Shown here in pieces: positions 41,720 to 56,889 of a stretch of 64,000 bases of DNA. The DNA is taken from assembly GCA_964016885.1 (NCBI GenBank), contig OZ024747.1, forward strand, positions 5,084,001-5,148,000, in the 5' to 3' direction. Both the position numbers and the translations under genes were made by a program. The notes beneath the pieces were generated by a model, which saw only the letters and a list, made by a program, of their open reading frames with translations, did no database searches and was not told the origin of the DNA. Origin of the DNA: Eledone cirrhosa. Its lineage: Eukaryota. Position 1 is the first letter of the stretch; every line of letters starts with the position of its first letter.

Positions 41720-44269
41720 TGACTGTATTACATGTATGCCAATGACCTGAGACTGTATTACATGTATGTCAATGACTTGACCTGAGACTGTATTACATGT
41801 ATGTCAATGACCTGAGACTGTATTACATGTATGTCAATGACATGACCTGAGACTGTATTACATGTATGTCAATGACTTGACCTGAGACTGTATTACATGT
41901 ATGTCAATGACATGACCTGAGACTGTATTACATGTATGTCAATGACATGATCTGAGACTGTATTACATGTATGTCAATGACTTGACCTGAGACTGTATTA
42001 CATGTATGTCAATGACTTGACCTGAGACTGTATTACATGTATGTCAATGACCTGAGACTGTATTACATGTATGTCAATGACATGACCTGAGACTGTATTA
42101 CATGTATGTCAATGACTTGACCTGAGACTGTATTACATGTATGTCAATGACTTGACCTGAGACTGTATCACATGTATGTCAATGACATGACCTGAAACTG
42201 TATTACATGTATGTCAATGACTTGACCTGAGACTGTATTACATGTATGTCAATGACTTGACCTGAGACTGTATTACATGTATGTCAATGACTTGACCTGA
42301 GACTGTATTACATGTATGTCAATGACATGTCCTGAGACTGTATTACATGTATGTCAATGACTTGACCTGAGACTGTATTACATGTATGTCAATGACATGA
42401 CCTGAGACTGTATTACATGTATGTCAATGACATGACCTGAGACTGTATTACATGTATGTCAATGACTTGACCTGAGACTGTATTACATGTATGTCAATGA
42501 CATGTCCTGAGACTGTATTACATGTATGTCAATGACTTGACCTGAGACTGTATCACATGTATGTCAATGACATGACCTGAGACTGTATTACATGTATGTC
42601 AATGACATGACCTGAGACTGTATTACATGTATGTCAATGACTTGACCTGAGACTGTATTACATGTATGTCAATGACTTGACCTGAGACTGTATTACATGT
42701 ATGTCAATGACATGTCCTGAGACTGTATTACATGTATGTCAATGACTTGACCTGAGACTGTATTACATGTATGTCAATGACATGACCTGAGACTGTATTA
42801 CATGTATGTCAATGACATGACCTGAGACTGTATTACATGTATGTCAATGACTTGACCTGAGACTGTATTACATGTATGTCAATGACTTGATCTGAGACTG
42901 TATTACATGTATGTCAATGACATGTCCTGAGACTGTATTACATGTATGTCAATGACTTGACCTGAGACTGTATTACATGTATGTCAATGACATGACCTGA
43001 GACTGTATTACATGTATGTCAATGACATGACCTGAGACTGTATTACATGTATGTCAATGACATGACCTGAGACTGTATTACATGTATGTCAATGACATAA
43101 CCTGAGACTGTATTACATGTATGTCAATGACATGATCTGAGACTGTATTACATGTATGTCAATGACTTGACCTGAGACTGTATTACATGTATGTCAATGA
43201 CATGACCTGAAACTGTATTACATGTCTGTCAATGACATGACCTGAGACTGTATTACATGTATGTCAATGACATGACCTGAGACTGTATTACATGTATGTC
43301 AATGACATGACCTGAGACTGTATTACATGTATGTCAATGACATGACCTGAGACTGTATTACATGTATGTCAATGACATGTCCTGAGACTGTATTACATGT
43401 ATGTCAATGACTTGACCTGAGACTGTATTACATGTATGTCAATGACTTGACCTGAGACTGTATTACATGTATGTCAATGACATGACCTGAAACTGTATTA
43501 CATGTATGTCAATGACTTGACCTGAGACTGTATTACATGTATGTCAATGACATGTCCTGAGATTGTATTACATGTATGTCAATGACTTGACCTGAGACTG
43601 TATTACATGTATGTCAATGACTTGACCTGAGACTGTATTACATGTATGTCAATGACATGACCTGAGACTGTATTACATGTATGTCAATGACATGACCTGA
43701 GACTGTATTACATGTATGTCAATGACATGACCTGAGACTGTATTACATGTATGTCAATGACTTGACCTGAGACTGTATTACATGTATGTCAATGACATGA
43801 CCTGAGACTGTATTACATGTATGTCAATGACATGAGCTGAGACTGTATTACATGTATGTCAATGACTTGACCTGAGACTGTATTACATGTATGTCAATGA
43901 CATGACCTGAGACTGTATTACATGTATGTCAATGACTTGACCTGAGACTGTATTACATGTATGTCAATGACCTGACCTGAGACTGTATTACATGTATGTC
44001 AATGACTTGACCTGAGACTGTATTACATGTATGTCAATGACATGACCTGAGACTGTATTACATGTATGTCAATGACATGACCTGAGACTGTATTACATGT
44101 ATGTCAATGACCTGACCTGAGACTGTATTACATGTATGTCAATGACTTGACCTGAGACTGTATTACATGTATGTCAATGACATGACCTGAGACTGTATTA
44201 CATGTATGTCAATGACATGACCTGAGACTGTATTACATGTATGTCAATGACTTGACCTGAGACTGTATT
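41720..44269. repeat. 35-bp minisatellite, about 72 copies
   Basis: Unit CCTGAGACTGTATTACATGTATGTCAATGAC(A/T)TGA; starts at 41881, 41916, 41951; a few 30-bp variants. Confidence 0.97.
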
Positions 44270-44947
44270 GAAATTGAAGCAATTATATTGTGGAAGAGAC
44301 CTTTTCGCCATTGAAGAACATACATGTTCATCTCCAGGTTTGACACCCAAACACGTGACTAATAGAAATAAAATAGAAAAAGAACGAAACTGTTAAATTC
44401 ACTTGTGTCTATTTCTCGGGTATCAAAATTTACTGCGACTTCCGGATCCTCTGTTTGTCCTGAGACAGAATAGATCTGCCCCACGAAAGTACAGGCTTGG
44501 AAAAGTTACCTTTTCTTACATAGAAGACCAGGAGACGCCCATGCTTTCAGGTACCCTCTCTCGACTCCCTCGATGTTGTTCCTATAGTGTATGTATATAT
44601 GCATACTTATATATATATGTGTGTGTCTGTCTGTCTGTCTGTCTCTGTGAGTGTATGTGTGTGTGTGTAAATGTATGCATATATGTAGGTAGGTAGATAG
44701 TTAGGTAGTTAGGTAGGTAGGTAGGTAGGTAGGTAGGTAGGTAGGTAGGTAGGTAGGTAGGTAGGTAGGTAGGTAGATAGCTAGGTAGATAGCTAGGTAG
44801 GTAGATAGCTAGGTAGATAGCTAGGTAGATGGGTAGGCAGGTAGGTAGGTAGGTAGGTAGGTAGGTAGTTAGGTATATTTATGTACAACCACGAGGATGG
44901 CAAAGAAGAAGAAGAAGAAGAAGAAGAAGAAGAAGAAGAAGAAGAAG

Positions 44948-44979
<32 letters not shown>

Positions 44980-44980
44980 G

Positions 44981-45011
<31 letters not shown>

Positions 45012-45492
45012 GCAACAACAACAACATTATTTGAGGCGATGTGATAACTAGTGAAATATTTGCAGTCGTGTTTACTGGGAGTTAATTTTGCAAACTGATA
45101 ATTCTGATAAAACATTTTAGCCGCTGGCTGTAATTATAGCAGAAGTCTTCATAGAATAGTAATGCCTTATCTTATACGGACTGAAGGGTTGCTTAACCTC
45201 GGCTAATCACCCTCTCTATAGAGGAAGACGGAGAAAAGTTGGGCTGGATGTAGGATGTACTGTGTGGCTCTCTCTGTGTTTATGATGGTGAAGTGGTGTG
45301 TGTGTGTGTGTGTGTGTGTGGTGAAGCAGTTGTGTGTGTGTATGTGATGTTGTGTGTGTCTCTATGTGTGTTTATGGTGGAGTAGTTGTATGTATGTGAA
45401 GTTGTATGTGTGACCGTGTACGTATGTGGTGAAGTAGTTGTGTGTGTGATGTTGTGTGTGTTTGTGGTAGTGAAGTAGTTGTGTGTGTGTGT

Positions 45493-45563
<71 letters not shown>

Positions 45564-45641
45564 GTCGTGTGTGTCTCCATGTGTGTTTGTGGTGAAGTAG
45601 TTGTGTGTGTGATGTTGTGTGTGTTTGTGGTAGTGAAGTAG

Positions 45642-45675
<34 letters not shown>

Positions 45676-46055
45676 TGTTGTGTGTGTGTCTTCAAGTGTG
45701 TTTGTGGTGGAGTAGTTGTATGTATGTGAAGTTGTATGTGTGACCGTGTACGTATGTGGTTAAGTATTTGTGTGTGTGTGTGTGAATGATGTCTTGTACG
45801 TGTTTGTGTATATGTGATAGAGGCAGTTGTGTGCGTGCATGTGTGTATGTTTCTATATGAGGTATGTGTGCGCTTATCTGAGTGCATATACGTGTGTGTG
45901 TGTATGTGTCCAGTAAGGCTGGGGTGTATGTATGAGTGCGTTTAAGTGTGGTTTGTTTTTAGTGTATGCGTATATATGTATAGCTAGCTCCTGGGTATCG
46001 ATGGACATCGGCAGTAGGAGTGAGAAAGGATAAGGTTTCTGTCGAAATTATGTGC

Positions 46056-46090
<35 letters not shown>

Positions 46091-46094
<4 letters not shown>

Positions 46095-46350
46095 TAGGGC
46101 GGGTAAAATTCCCGAGATCCATAGACGAGTTCTCTCCAGCAGTCTCTGTCCCTCATTATCGCTGCCATGTCCTGCGTCTCCAACAGACCAGTGTCTGTCC
46201 TTAAGGCATCAACATATGTCAACCTCGGTCTTCCTCTTCCAGTGTGTCCATGCAGGGGCTCCCACAGGAGCACCGAGTGTAGTGTCAACTCTGGATGTCG
46301 CTGAGCATGTCCAGCTAACGTCAGTATCCTCTGTGTCACTTTTGAGCTGA
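46091..46350 (-). pseudogene. RTE-X-type LINE 3' end fragment flanked by (TA)n
   Basis: LAGHAQRHPE..VLLWEPLHGHTGRGRPRLTYVDAL..MRDRDCWRELV; the stop codon is almost immediately followed by (TA)n. Confidence 0.85.
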
Positions 46351-46422
46351 CTTTTGGGATATATATATATATAATATGAAAAGATACCACATGAGAGAGA
46401 GAGAGTGTGAGTGCACTCTCTC

Positions 46423-46457
<35 letters not shown>

Positions 46458-46554
46458 TGGTATATTTTCTACATATTATAATTGAAGAGCTCAGGATTCC
46501 TTTTCCTTTGAGCACGTAATTTACAGGGACTAACGCGAGTCTATGACTCCGTTA

Positions 46555-46605
<51 letters not shown>

Positions 46606-47261
46606 GTTCAAGAGTAACCAATCTTAAAGAGAGAGATGGAGATAGGCGAGGAGAGATTGGTGAATTAGTTAGAAGCCAAAGCGTAAAGGCATGTGCTCAA
46701 TGTGCAATATGCAGTAGAAAGCAGCTAGGTGGCTGGGTTCATGCAGAAGTTAGGCGCGCAGAGCTGGAAATATTCATTAGTTAAGCAAAACAAGACTACA
46801 AATTTCACAAGGAAGACATTATTAAAAGATTGTCAACATTTTACTTGTAGCTAATAAGTTAAATAGCTAACTTAGATAATTATAAGTTACCACTCTTACA
46901 TTGTCTCTCAATTAAAAAATAAAAAAATTAGCACTTAACTATAAACTACCCACAATTTCTAATCTCTCGAGGAGTTACTTCCCCTGAAACCACCCTCTAA
47001 TTAGTAAGGTAAATATGTCCATTGGCGGCCATCTTGTTACCCATTAGAAGATCTCACACAATGCAGCCTCGACAGAAGAATACTGCTCGACTATGGCAGA
47101 CGATTGATATACGCAGGTCACCATAGTGAAATACCAATATATGGATCATTACATTTATGTAACATTCTTTCCATATTTTAATTTATATTCCTTTTGAAGT
47201 TCCGATGAGCTGCTCTATCTTTACCTATGTTAATTATTTTCAAATAAACCAGATCAATAAT

Positions 47262-47445
47262 TGTTTCTACTTTAGGCACAAGGCCAGCAATTACCCAGTG
47301 TATTACTGGTACTTTATTTTATCGACCCCGTAAGGATGAAAGGCAAAGTTAACCTCGGCGGGATTTGAACTCAGAACGGCAAGGGCCGTAACTCTATACG
47401 TCAAAGCATGGCATCCGACCCTCTACCGATACTGCCAATCCACCG
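47262..47445 (-). mobile_element. Nin/Deu-like SINE with 13-bp TSD
   Basis: TSD CCAGATCAATAAT at 47249-47261 and 47446-47458. Confidence 0.9.
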
Positions 47446-47672
47446 CCAGATCAATAATGATATATAATCATTTGATCCAGAAATATTATATGGAGTAGCG
47501 AAACAATTGTAAACGGACATTATTATTATTAATATTAGAAACAATTATTATTATTAATATTATTATTATTATTCTCTACATTCCTTACATCAAACTAAAA
47601 TATGTTGACAATCTTTTAATAATGTCTTCCTTGTGAAATGTGTGGTCTTGTTTTGCTTAACTAATGAATATT

Positions 47673-47725
<53 letters not shown>

Positions 47726-47821
47726 GGTTACACAACAGTTAGTTCACCATACCGAAAACAATTGTTTCACCTTAGCTGATCCTCAGCTCGTAATGGACAT
47801 GGTTATACGGAACAAATTATA

Positions 47822-47892
<71 letters not shown>

Positions 47893-48021
47893 ATGTATAT
47901 ATATATGTATATACAATATATAATATATAATATATTCATATACAATATATATATATATATATATACAATATATGACTGAATCTTAACCATCTACTAAGTC
48001 AGTGTATGTCATGCATCATCT

Positions 48022-48088
48022 TATTTTATCTGATGAGGACGTACTGTTGAAGATAGCTCAGTACCTCTGAAATATGTATAATAAAATA
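48022..48088 (+). ncRNA. Type I hammerhead ribozyme candidate (family B)
   Basis: tattttat-CTGATGA-ggacgtactg(ttgaagatagct)cagtacctct-GAAA-tatgtaTA-ataaaata; flanks are homologous to 3125-3270. Confidence 0.75.
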
Positions 48089-48162
48089 TACTTGATCACA
48101 CGAATGTCTATTTTTGTTAATATTTTGAATTAATATCAATATCAATATATATATATATATAT

Positions 48163-48231
<69 letters not shown>

Positions 48232-48485
48232 TGTGTGTATATATATATATATTTGGGCATATGATTAGCTACAACAATGACTTGTCCAGGTACTTATTCA
48301 CCCCAACTTGTTCAGCCTAAACCCTGGGATATCTCTACTAAATGTGTACTCCAGTTTAGAAGGAAAAGTGTCGTCACTGGTCCTTCATCGGAAGATTGAA
48401 TGAGAAATAAAAGATGAATTAGAATGACAGAAAGTAGTGAGAGAGAGTACGTATGAATTCAGTCAGTTATTTTGAAGAAAATAAC

Positions 48486-48673
48486 TGTTTCTACTTTTGG
48501 CACAAGGCCAGTAATTACCCAGTACATTACTGGTACTTTATTTTATCGACCCCGTAAGGATGAAAGGCAAAGTTAACCTCGGCGGGATTTGAACTCAGAA
48601 TGGCAAGGGCCGTAACTCTATGCGTCAAAGCATGGCGTCCGACGCCTCTACCGATACTGCCAATCCACCACCC
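48486..48673 (-). mobile_element. Nin/Deu-like SINE with near-perfect TSD
   Basis: TTATTTTG(A/G)AGAAAATAAC on both sides. Confidence 0.88.
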
Positions 48674-49079
48674 TATTATTTTGGAGAAAATAACAATAAC
48701 AATAACTACACTACCACCAACAACAACCACCAACAACAACACCACCACCAACAACACCACCAACAACAACACCACTACCACCACCAACACCTCCACCAAC
48801 ACTACCATCACCAACAACAACAACACCACCACCACCATATATATGTGAATATATATATATATAAGATCAAAAGATGGTTAAAAGAGTTCCATGTATTTTA
48901 TTTTGCGCATTTCAAAAACAAATATCATCATGGAATGATATTTGCGTTCTCATCAGATAAAATAGGGAGACATGATATGAAGCTTAAAAAACACTTGCGA
49001 GCAGTGAAGTGTTAAATCTACATAATTAATTCAACATGTGAATATATATATATGTGTGTGTGTGTGAGAGTATATATAT

Positions 49080-49151
<72 letters not shown>

Positions 49152-50558
49152 AGGTATTGGGGGTTGGAATCAGAAACAAAGAAAGTAAAATGGGTTGAGA
49201 GAGAGAGGTGGGGAGGTTTTAAATGTGAAAGAATGGCAGGAAGTGATGGCGGATGATAGAAGAGCAATTCCTGTAACAATATAGCCAATATTAGGAGAAG
49301 AACAACTAGAAGAAGAATATTGCGACATTTGTAGAAGGGGAGACACGGAGGGAGTGGAAGTAAAAGGAGAGATAGAGAAGAACAAAGATTAAGATATATA
49401 GATATATATATATATGTGTGTGTGGGTGTGTGTGGGTGTGTGGGTGTGTGGGTGTGTGTGTGTGTGTATGCGTGTGTGTGTTTGTGTGTGTGTGTGTATA
49501 TATGTACATATATATATAGAGAGAGACATACAGATGCATGCCTTTATACATACATACATGCACACATACACACATGCATACACACATGCATACATGCATG
49601 CATGCATATATACATATGTATAAAGACATACATACACATAAGCACACATACACACATACATGCATGCATGCATACATACATACATACATACATACATACA
49701 TACATACATGTATGCATATATAGATACATATAAAGACATACATATGGACAGACAGACAGAGAGACAGACTGACAGGGTGACATACAGACATACAGACAGA
49801 CAGACACACAGACAGAGTGACAGACTGACAGACAGACAGGGTGACATACATAAAGAGGGTGGTGTACAAAGTGTATGTTTGATGGAAGGGAGGCTGGAAA
49901 GATCAAAGTGGAGGAGTGAGACAAGGAGGTGAGACATCCACGAAGAATATAGGGACAACAGCAACAACAGTAACAACAACAGTGACAACAACAGTGACAA
50001 CTATAACAACTATAATGTGTGTATTGGGCTCGTGGGGCTGCCGACCTAGAAAAGGAAAACGGTATAGGGGAAGAGGAAGAGGAAGACAATACAAGGGAGA
50101 GAGGGAGGGGAAGAAACGGTGAGAGAGAAGTAGGCAGTGAGAGTGAGAGAGAGAGAGAGAGAGAGAAGTAGGCAGTGTGAGAAGGTGAGAGAGAGAAGAA
50201 GTGTGTGAGGGTGAGAGAGAGAGAGAGAGAAGTAGGTAGTGTGTGTGAGAGAGGTGGGGGAGGTAGGGAGAAAGTGTAGTATTGATTGACCAGTTAAATT
50301 AGCCGAACCAGTCAATATAAGGAGTTTAAATTCTCAATGAAGTCGATCGATACAACTTGACAGGCCGATGGTATTGGGATATGAGGGGTGAGTGGGAGGG
50401 TGTTAGATAGAGAGAGGTGGAGAGGGAGATAGGGAGAGAGAGAGGGGGAGTTGAAATGGGGGTAAGGGGATAGAGAAAGGGACATGAGATGGTGAATGAG
50501 AATGAAGGGGAGAGAAAGAAAAGAAAGAAGGTGATAGAGCATAGAGGAAAGAGAGAGT

Positions 50559-50623
<65 letters not shown>

Positions 50624-51078
50624 GATGTAAAGCGATAGATTACCTAGAGCGAAAACTAGGGAGAGAAGTGAAAGGGAGAAGACTAAAAGGGAGAGGGGGA
50701 GAAGGGGAAAGAGAGAGAGAGAGAGAGAGAGAAGTGAGGGCGAGAGAGTGAGAGCAATGGGTTAAAGGTGATTGAGGAGAGTGAGAGATAGATCAAGCGA
50801 AATAGAGAAAGAGAGAGAAAAAGTGAAATAAAGGATGAGAGAATAAGAGAGAGAGAGAGAGTGTGTGTGTGTGAAAGAGAGAGAGTGAGGGGGAGAGAGG
50901 GGGAGAGTGTGTGTTAGGGAGAGAGAGAGAGAGAGAGAGGAAGAGAGAGAGAGTGTGTGTGTGTGGGAGAGAGAGAGTGTGGGTGAGAGGGAGAAAAAGT
51001 GAAATAAAGGATGAGAAAATAAGAGAGAGAGTGTGTGTGTGAAAGAAAGAGAGTGAGAGGGGGAGAGAGAGAGGGAGA

Positions 51079-51109
<31 letters not shown>

Positions 51110-51691
51110 GGAGAGGAAGAGAGAGAGAGTGTATGTGTGTATGTGTGTGTGTGAGTGTGTGAGAGAGTGTATGTAGGGTACTAAATATTGATGGTTATGA
51201 GGGTGTTAAGTTTCTTTTAGTCTTTCACAAGCCCCAGGAAATATTTTCAGCGGCCATTTTGTTCCATTGTAGCAGTATTATGTTTGGTTTACGGCTTTGT
51301 TTCGGCTTTATTCATATTTATTTATTTTTATTATTATTTTTATTTTTTGGAACCAGTCCAGACGAGGGCGCTGCTTAGTTGCCAACCAATTCTTTTCCAT
51401 TTTCTGTAGATTACAATTTACAAACGCTGTTCTTTATTGATTCAGTTGCTTCGGCACACTAGCTACTCGTGTACAAGTCAACTTTGGTAAAACTGTAAAC
51501 CTATATTAAAAAAAAAAAAAATATTGGCAACAAGTAAAACCTTATTCATTTATTATTTTATTTATTATTGTTATTTAGCCCCCTGACAACCCTCTGATCC
51601 CATTTCTTGCTGATATAGTTGTTGATGATAATGATGATGTTGGTGTTTTTAGGTATAGCACATTTGAGACTGCATTATCAATTGTGTCCTT

Positions 51692-51861
51692 GGGTTGGCA
51701 GTATCGGTAGAGGGTCGGACGCCATGCTTAGCAGCATAGAGTTACGGCCCTTTGTGGTCTGAGTTTAAATCCCGCCGAGCTTAACTTTGCCTTTCATCCT
51801 TACGGGGTCGATAATGTAATGCACTGGAATAATTGCTGGCCTTGTGCCAAAATTAGAAACA
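51692..51861 (+). mobile_element. Nin/Deu-like SINE with 18-bp TSD
   Basis: TSD ATTATCAATTGTGTCCTT at 51674-51691 and 51862-51879. Confidence 0.9.
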
Positions 51862-52079
51862 ATTATCAATTGTGTCCTTCCTTTGGTATGATAGAATAAT
51901 ATAACAGAAGCATATTTTCCTGCTATTTCTAACAGGTCGAGTGACCACATAGAACCCCTCTCGGGGTACCATACATTTGTTTATTTAGTTATGAACAGGA
52001 GTTGGATTGACAAAACCTTGCAGTAATTAGGTTGACTTTACGTTGTAATTTTAACAGCGCCTATGTCCTTGGTGTGTCT

Positions 52080-52335
52080 GCAAGGGCGGATTTAATGGCG
52101 GAGTTAATCGCTGGCAGGGGGCACCACCGACAGCCATAGCAATTTATTTGTGCCCTCAGCTGGGGTTTTTAGTTTTAGAATGGTTAGAATTTTTGAATTT
52201 AATACCTGTATGTATACCTTTTCAATTCCAATTACTTGCACCAAGCTAACTTTGATATGTAAAATTGGGTGGGTTTGCTGTGTATTTTAGTATTTCTGTC
52301 CAAATACCCCGGGCCCCAAGGTTTAAATCCAACTC
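52080..52335 (+). mobile_element. hAT-like MITE
   Basis: Termini AGGGCGGATTTAA / TTAAATCCAACTCT; body homologous to 25078-25260. Confidence 0.55.
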
Positions 52336-52539
52336 TCTCTGTCTGTGAGAATTCGTGTGTAAGTGTGTGTGTGTGTGTGTGTGTGCGTGTGCATATGTGC
52401 ATGTCTGTGTCTGTAAGTGTTCGTGTGCGTGTGTGTACGTCTGTGTCTATGTGTGTATGTATGGCAACAAAAACTCAACTTTGTAATTCAAATCCCGCCT
52501 AGGTCGAGAGTGTGTCTGTGTGTGTCCGTAAAAACAGTC

Positions 52540-52800
52540 CGACGGCGAATTGTTAGAGTCGTTAGAATGCTTTGCAGTATTCATTCTGGTTCTCTGCTCA
52601 CTGAGTTCAAATTCCGCTGAGGCCAACTTTGCCTTTTATCCTTTCTAGGTCGATAAAAAAAAATTAGTCAAGTACTGGGGTCCATTTTCCCTCTATATCT
52701 CTTTATTACTTCCTTTCTCTCTCACTTTCTATCCTTCTCTGAAAGAAATCTGCTGTATTCAGACCTGGAGAGAGAATGAGCTCCACCAGGTTCTTTTTTT
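52540..52800 (+). mobile_element. Older, longer SINE subfamily with 3' extension; relatives at about 33500-33790 (minus) and 55500-55710 (minus)
   Basis: B box and Nin/Deu-like domain followed by GAAATCTGCTGTATTCAGACCTG, whose reverse complement occurs near 33536 and 55585. Confidence 0.6.
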
Positions 52801-52872
52801 AAAGCCTTTGAAACATCATATGTCATTACGGTGCCCCTTCGACTCTATGAGGAGTTACAGGTCTATACATAC

Positions 52873-52952
<80 letters not shown>

Positions 52953-54409
52953 ATACATACTCTGGAAATTAGAACAATATCGTGTACATGTATCATTGTT
53001 ATGTTGCTTTGCCCTATTTCATGTTGAAGCTGGCCTCAGGTCAATTCCAGCTGCCAACAATCGGCCGTTGCCGTGTAGCACTTCGGTGTATAATTCTGAG
53101 GCCTAATTCTGCTCCACAACCCCCATCTTAATTAACCAGAAACTGCAAAGCATTCAATTAGCGTGTGTGGCCATGAGGAGGACTGGTAGAGATAGGAAGA
53201 GGTGTTGTATACTGGCTGAGAAGACATACATTAAGCTACTTTCCACTCCATTAAATAGGTTAGCCGGTAAGAGAGGTCTGTAAGAGGAGGGTTTCAAGCA
53301 ACTACTATGTGCATATCACGTCAAAACCACCTACCTATGTGGGCATAAGCCATACTTATACACACATATATTTACATATACTGGCATATGTGAGTAAGTG
53401 TATAACATGTATGTATCTATATATCTATATTATATGTAGAGATTTATTTATATATGTGTGTGTATAACGAAGGAAGTGTGGTAAGGAACCAGGTGGACCA
53501 TAACACACCAGAGTACTCGATACTTTGGGTAGTAGAGTGGATAATAGGAAAAGATCTAGCTGTCGAAACGGTCGGAGCTCAGCCGTCGGGGTCCTGACTC
53601 TTTTCCTGTGTGTGTATATGGAAGCCCAACAGGTGGACTGTACCTGTAATACAACAGGTCAGCCCGTCACACTGTATTAGGCTGAATCTCCCTGAGAATT
53701 ACGTTAAAGTTATACGCATCTGCGGAATACTCTGCCAATAACACATTAATTTAATTAACAGGTTGTTCCGTCTGTCCGTATGTGTGAGTGTGAGTATGCG
53801 TGTACATGTTTGTGTGTGCATTCCTGCATGTGTGTATGTGTGTGTACGTGCGTGTGAGCAGAAACAGATAGCGTGAAAGAGAGTGATAAGAGAGAGTAAG
53901 AGAGATAGGGAGAGAGAGGGGGAGAAAGAGAGAGAGAGAGAGAGTAAGAGAGGGAGAAAGAGAGAGAGAGAGGGGGTAAAGTCATGTGATATGGTCTGTA
54001 GTATTTGGCGAAGTTGATCGTCTGCTTAAGCAATAATTGAACACATGAATGACACACAGCCTGGCTTTGTTTTTCGCTTTCTCTAAATACCACCACCACC
54101 ATCACCACCACCACCAACTACACTACTACCACCACCACCACCACCACTAACACCAACACTACTACTACCACCATCACAGCCACCACCACCAACACCAACA
54201 CTACTACTACCACCATCACAACCACCACCACCAACACCAACACTACTACCACCACCATCACCACGCCACCATCATAACGCTAGTATTTCTCTGTATACCA
54301 TCATAAACCCCCCCCTCTCACACTTACTCCCGTTTATTTAACTCATCCCCTCCCTCTCCCAACTCTTCACAGTGTTAATGAAAAAGGGGAGGAAATTGAT
54401 TACAAATTG

Positions 54410-55110
54410 TATATTGTTGTTGTTGTTGTTGTTAGTAGCAGTGGCGGAGGTAGCGTTCTTGTTGTTGGAGGATGTGGTGGTGGTGGTGGTGGTGGTAGTT
54501 GTTGTTGTGGTGGTGGTGGTAGTTGTTGTGGTGATAGTGGTGATGATGGCGGTGGTGGTGGTGGTGGTAGTTGTGGTGGTAGATGATGGTATTTTTTGTG
54601 GTGATAATGGTAGTGATGGTGGTGGTAGTGGTGATGGTGGTAGTGTTGGTGGTGGTGTTGGTGGTGGTGGTGGTGGTGGTGGTGGTGGTGGTGGTGTGAT
54701 GGTGGTGGTGGTAGTGATGGTAGTGGTGGGGGTGATGGTGGTGGTGTTGGTGGTGGTGTTGGTGGTGGTAGTGGTGGTGGTGGTAGTGATGGTGGTGGTA
54801 GTGGTGATGGTAGTTGTGGTGGTGATGGCGGTAGTGATGGTGGCGGTGATGGTAGTTGTGGTGGTGATGGCGGTAGTGATGGTGGCGGTGATGGTAGTTG
54901 TGGTGGTGTTGGCGGTAGTGGTGGTGGTGGTGATGGTAGTTGTGGTGGTGATGGCGGTAGTGATGGTGGCGGTGATGGTAGTTGTGGTGATAGTGGTAGT
55001 GATGGTGGTAGTGATGGTGGTGGTGGCAGCGGTAGTGGTTGTGGCGATGGTAGTGGTGATGGTAGTGGTGATGGTAGTTGTAGTGATGTAAGTGGTGATA
55101 GTGATGATAT
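54410..55110. repeat. (GGT/GAT)n compound repeat
   Basis: Direct reading. Confidence 0.95.
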
Positions 55111-56379
55111 CGTTGAAGTGGTATGGTGTTGGGGAGGGTGAATCTGTGTTCGAACCTAATATCAAAGAAGTTTCAGCTCACATTTTATCGTCATTATCTG
55201 GCATAATGTATCTAGGACTACATTATCCAATAAGGCTTTCCCCCCCCCCCCTTCTTTTCAAAGATATTAGTATGTCTGATTTCAGAAGATTTGGATATTT
55301 CCTTCTTCTACTAAAGAAATCGGCAGACATTTTATAAGATGGCCGGTGTGGGAGTAGTTTGATGTCTTATGGGATAATAAGGTGAATAAAAAATAAATGG
55401 TTGTACAAGGTTGTGGGAACAGTTTGTCTTTTTAATCACTTTAATGTCTTTTAATTATAAGTGTTTAACACACAATGAAATACGTAAATATGGTCTTGTA
55501 ACTCCTGATAGAGTCGTACGGGGCCGTAGTGGCATACGGCATTTCTTGGGCTCTTTCAGCCTGGCGGGACCCATCCCTCTCTAAGTCTGAACACAGTAGA
55601 TTTCTTTCGGAGTGATAGAGAGGAAGTGAGAAGAAGATATAGAGTTAGAATCAACCCCAGTACTAGACTTATACGTTTTGTATCGACTTCGAATGGATGC
55701 AAGGCCAAGTTAATGAAATATAAGTTCTTCTATAAACATTTGGTTGACATACGAAGCACTGGGTAATTTCAAATTTGAAAATATGATCTCTACAATAAAG
55801 ATAACTATTAGAATATTTGATAACTATAGATAACCATAGATTAAACTGAGTAAAGATATTCCGTCTCCAGGGTCTCCAAGGGTTACTTTACCCGGTTTAT
55901 TCAACTATTATGTATCGTTATCAACCATTATTAGAGTTATCTGCATTGTGGCGAGTATAATTTCAAATTTCTTCAATAATTTTTTTTCGTTTTTCCTTCG
56001 TTCATTAAGAAAATGAAAATAACATTTTATGTCTAAAATATCATACCTTGGCAAACAATGTTTTTTGTCGTTTCTTTTTTATCAAGTGAAGTGTTTTCAA
56101 TTTTAATGTGGCATTTAACATAAATCATTGATTCCTTTTAGACCACTGCAAAAATAAGATTTTTTTTTTGTATTTTGGTCGATACTGAATTTTATCGTCG
56201 GTTAACCAAGTATTGATAAGGAAAATATAAATTGTTTTGTATGCTACAGAAACATATTCACTGAAATTCGCAAGCCAGAAGAAATAAAACGGCAAGCCTT
56301 ATTTGGCCCACGGGTCATAATTTTTCAACCACTAGTCTAGTAGATCAAGTGACCTGGTAGAAGCTCCCTCACTATATAT

Positions 56380-56565
56380 TGTTTCTACTTTTGGCACAAG
56401 GCCAGCAATTATCAGTGCATTACTGGTACTTTATTTTATCGACCCTGTAAGGATGAAAGGCAAAGTTAACCTCGGCGGGATTTGAACTCAGAAGGGAAAT
56501 GGCCGTAGCTCTATGCGTCAACGCATGGCGTCCGACCCTCTACCGATACTGCCAATCCACCGCCC
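56380..56565 (-). mobile_element. Nin/Deu-like SINE
   Basis: Full-length match to the family; TCCCTCA(C/A)TATATA on both flanks. Confidence 0.85.
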
Positions 56566-56889
56566 TTTCCACCAATCCCTCAATATATATTAACCGGTAG
56601 AAAGTGTTAAGATATACCAGACGTTGGCCTACAGATGTTTAAGACTGGACGTCAGTTGCATCAATCTCACCATTTTGGAAAGCGTGCCTGTAAAAGACAA
56701 GAGTTAATTCAGCTTCTATCTTCACTAATTTGCAAAAACATCCTCCGCCTCCAATTTCTGCCATCCAAACCATATTTCAAGCGAGAAAGATAAAATGGTG
56801 TTCCAGCTGTGACCATTCTGTTAATTGTTTTGTTTTGGTTTGGTTTTATCAGACATTGAGTTTCTAACACCAAATCATTCAATATATTC

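Noticed and set aside
41720-44269. CRISPR-like appearance of the 35-bp array
   Set aside because: Units are contiguous with no unique spacers, there are no cas genes, and the context is eukaryotic
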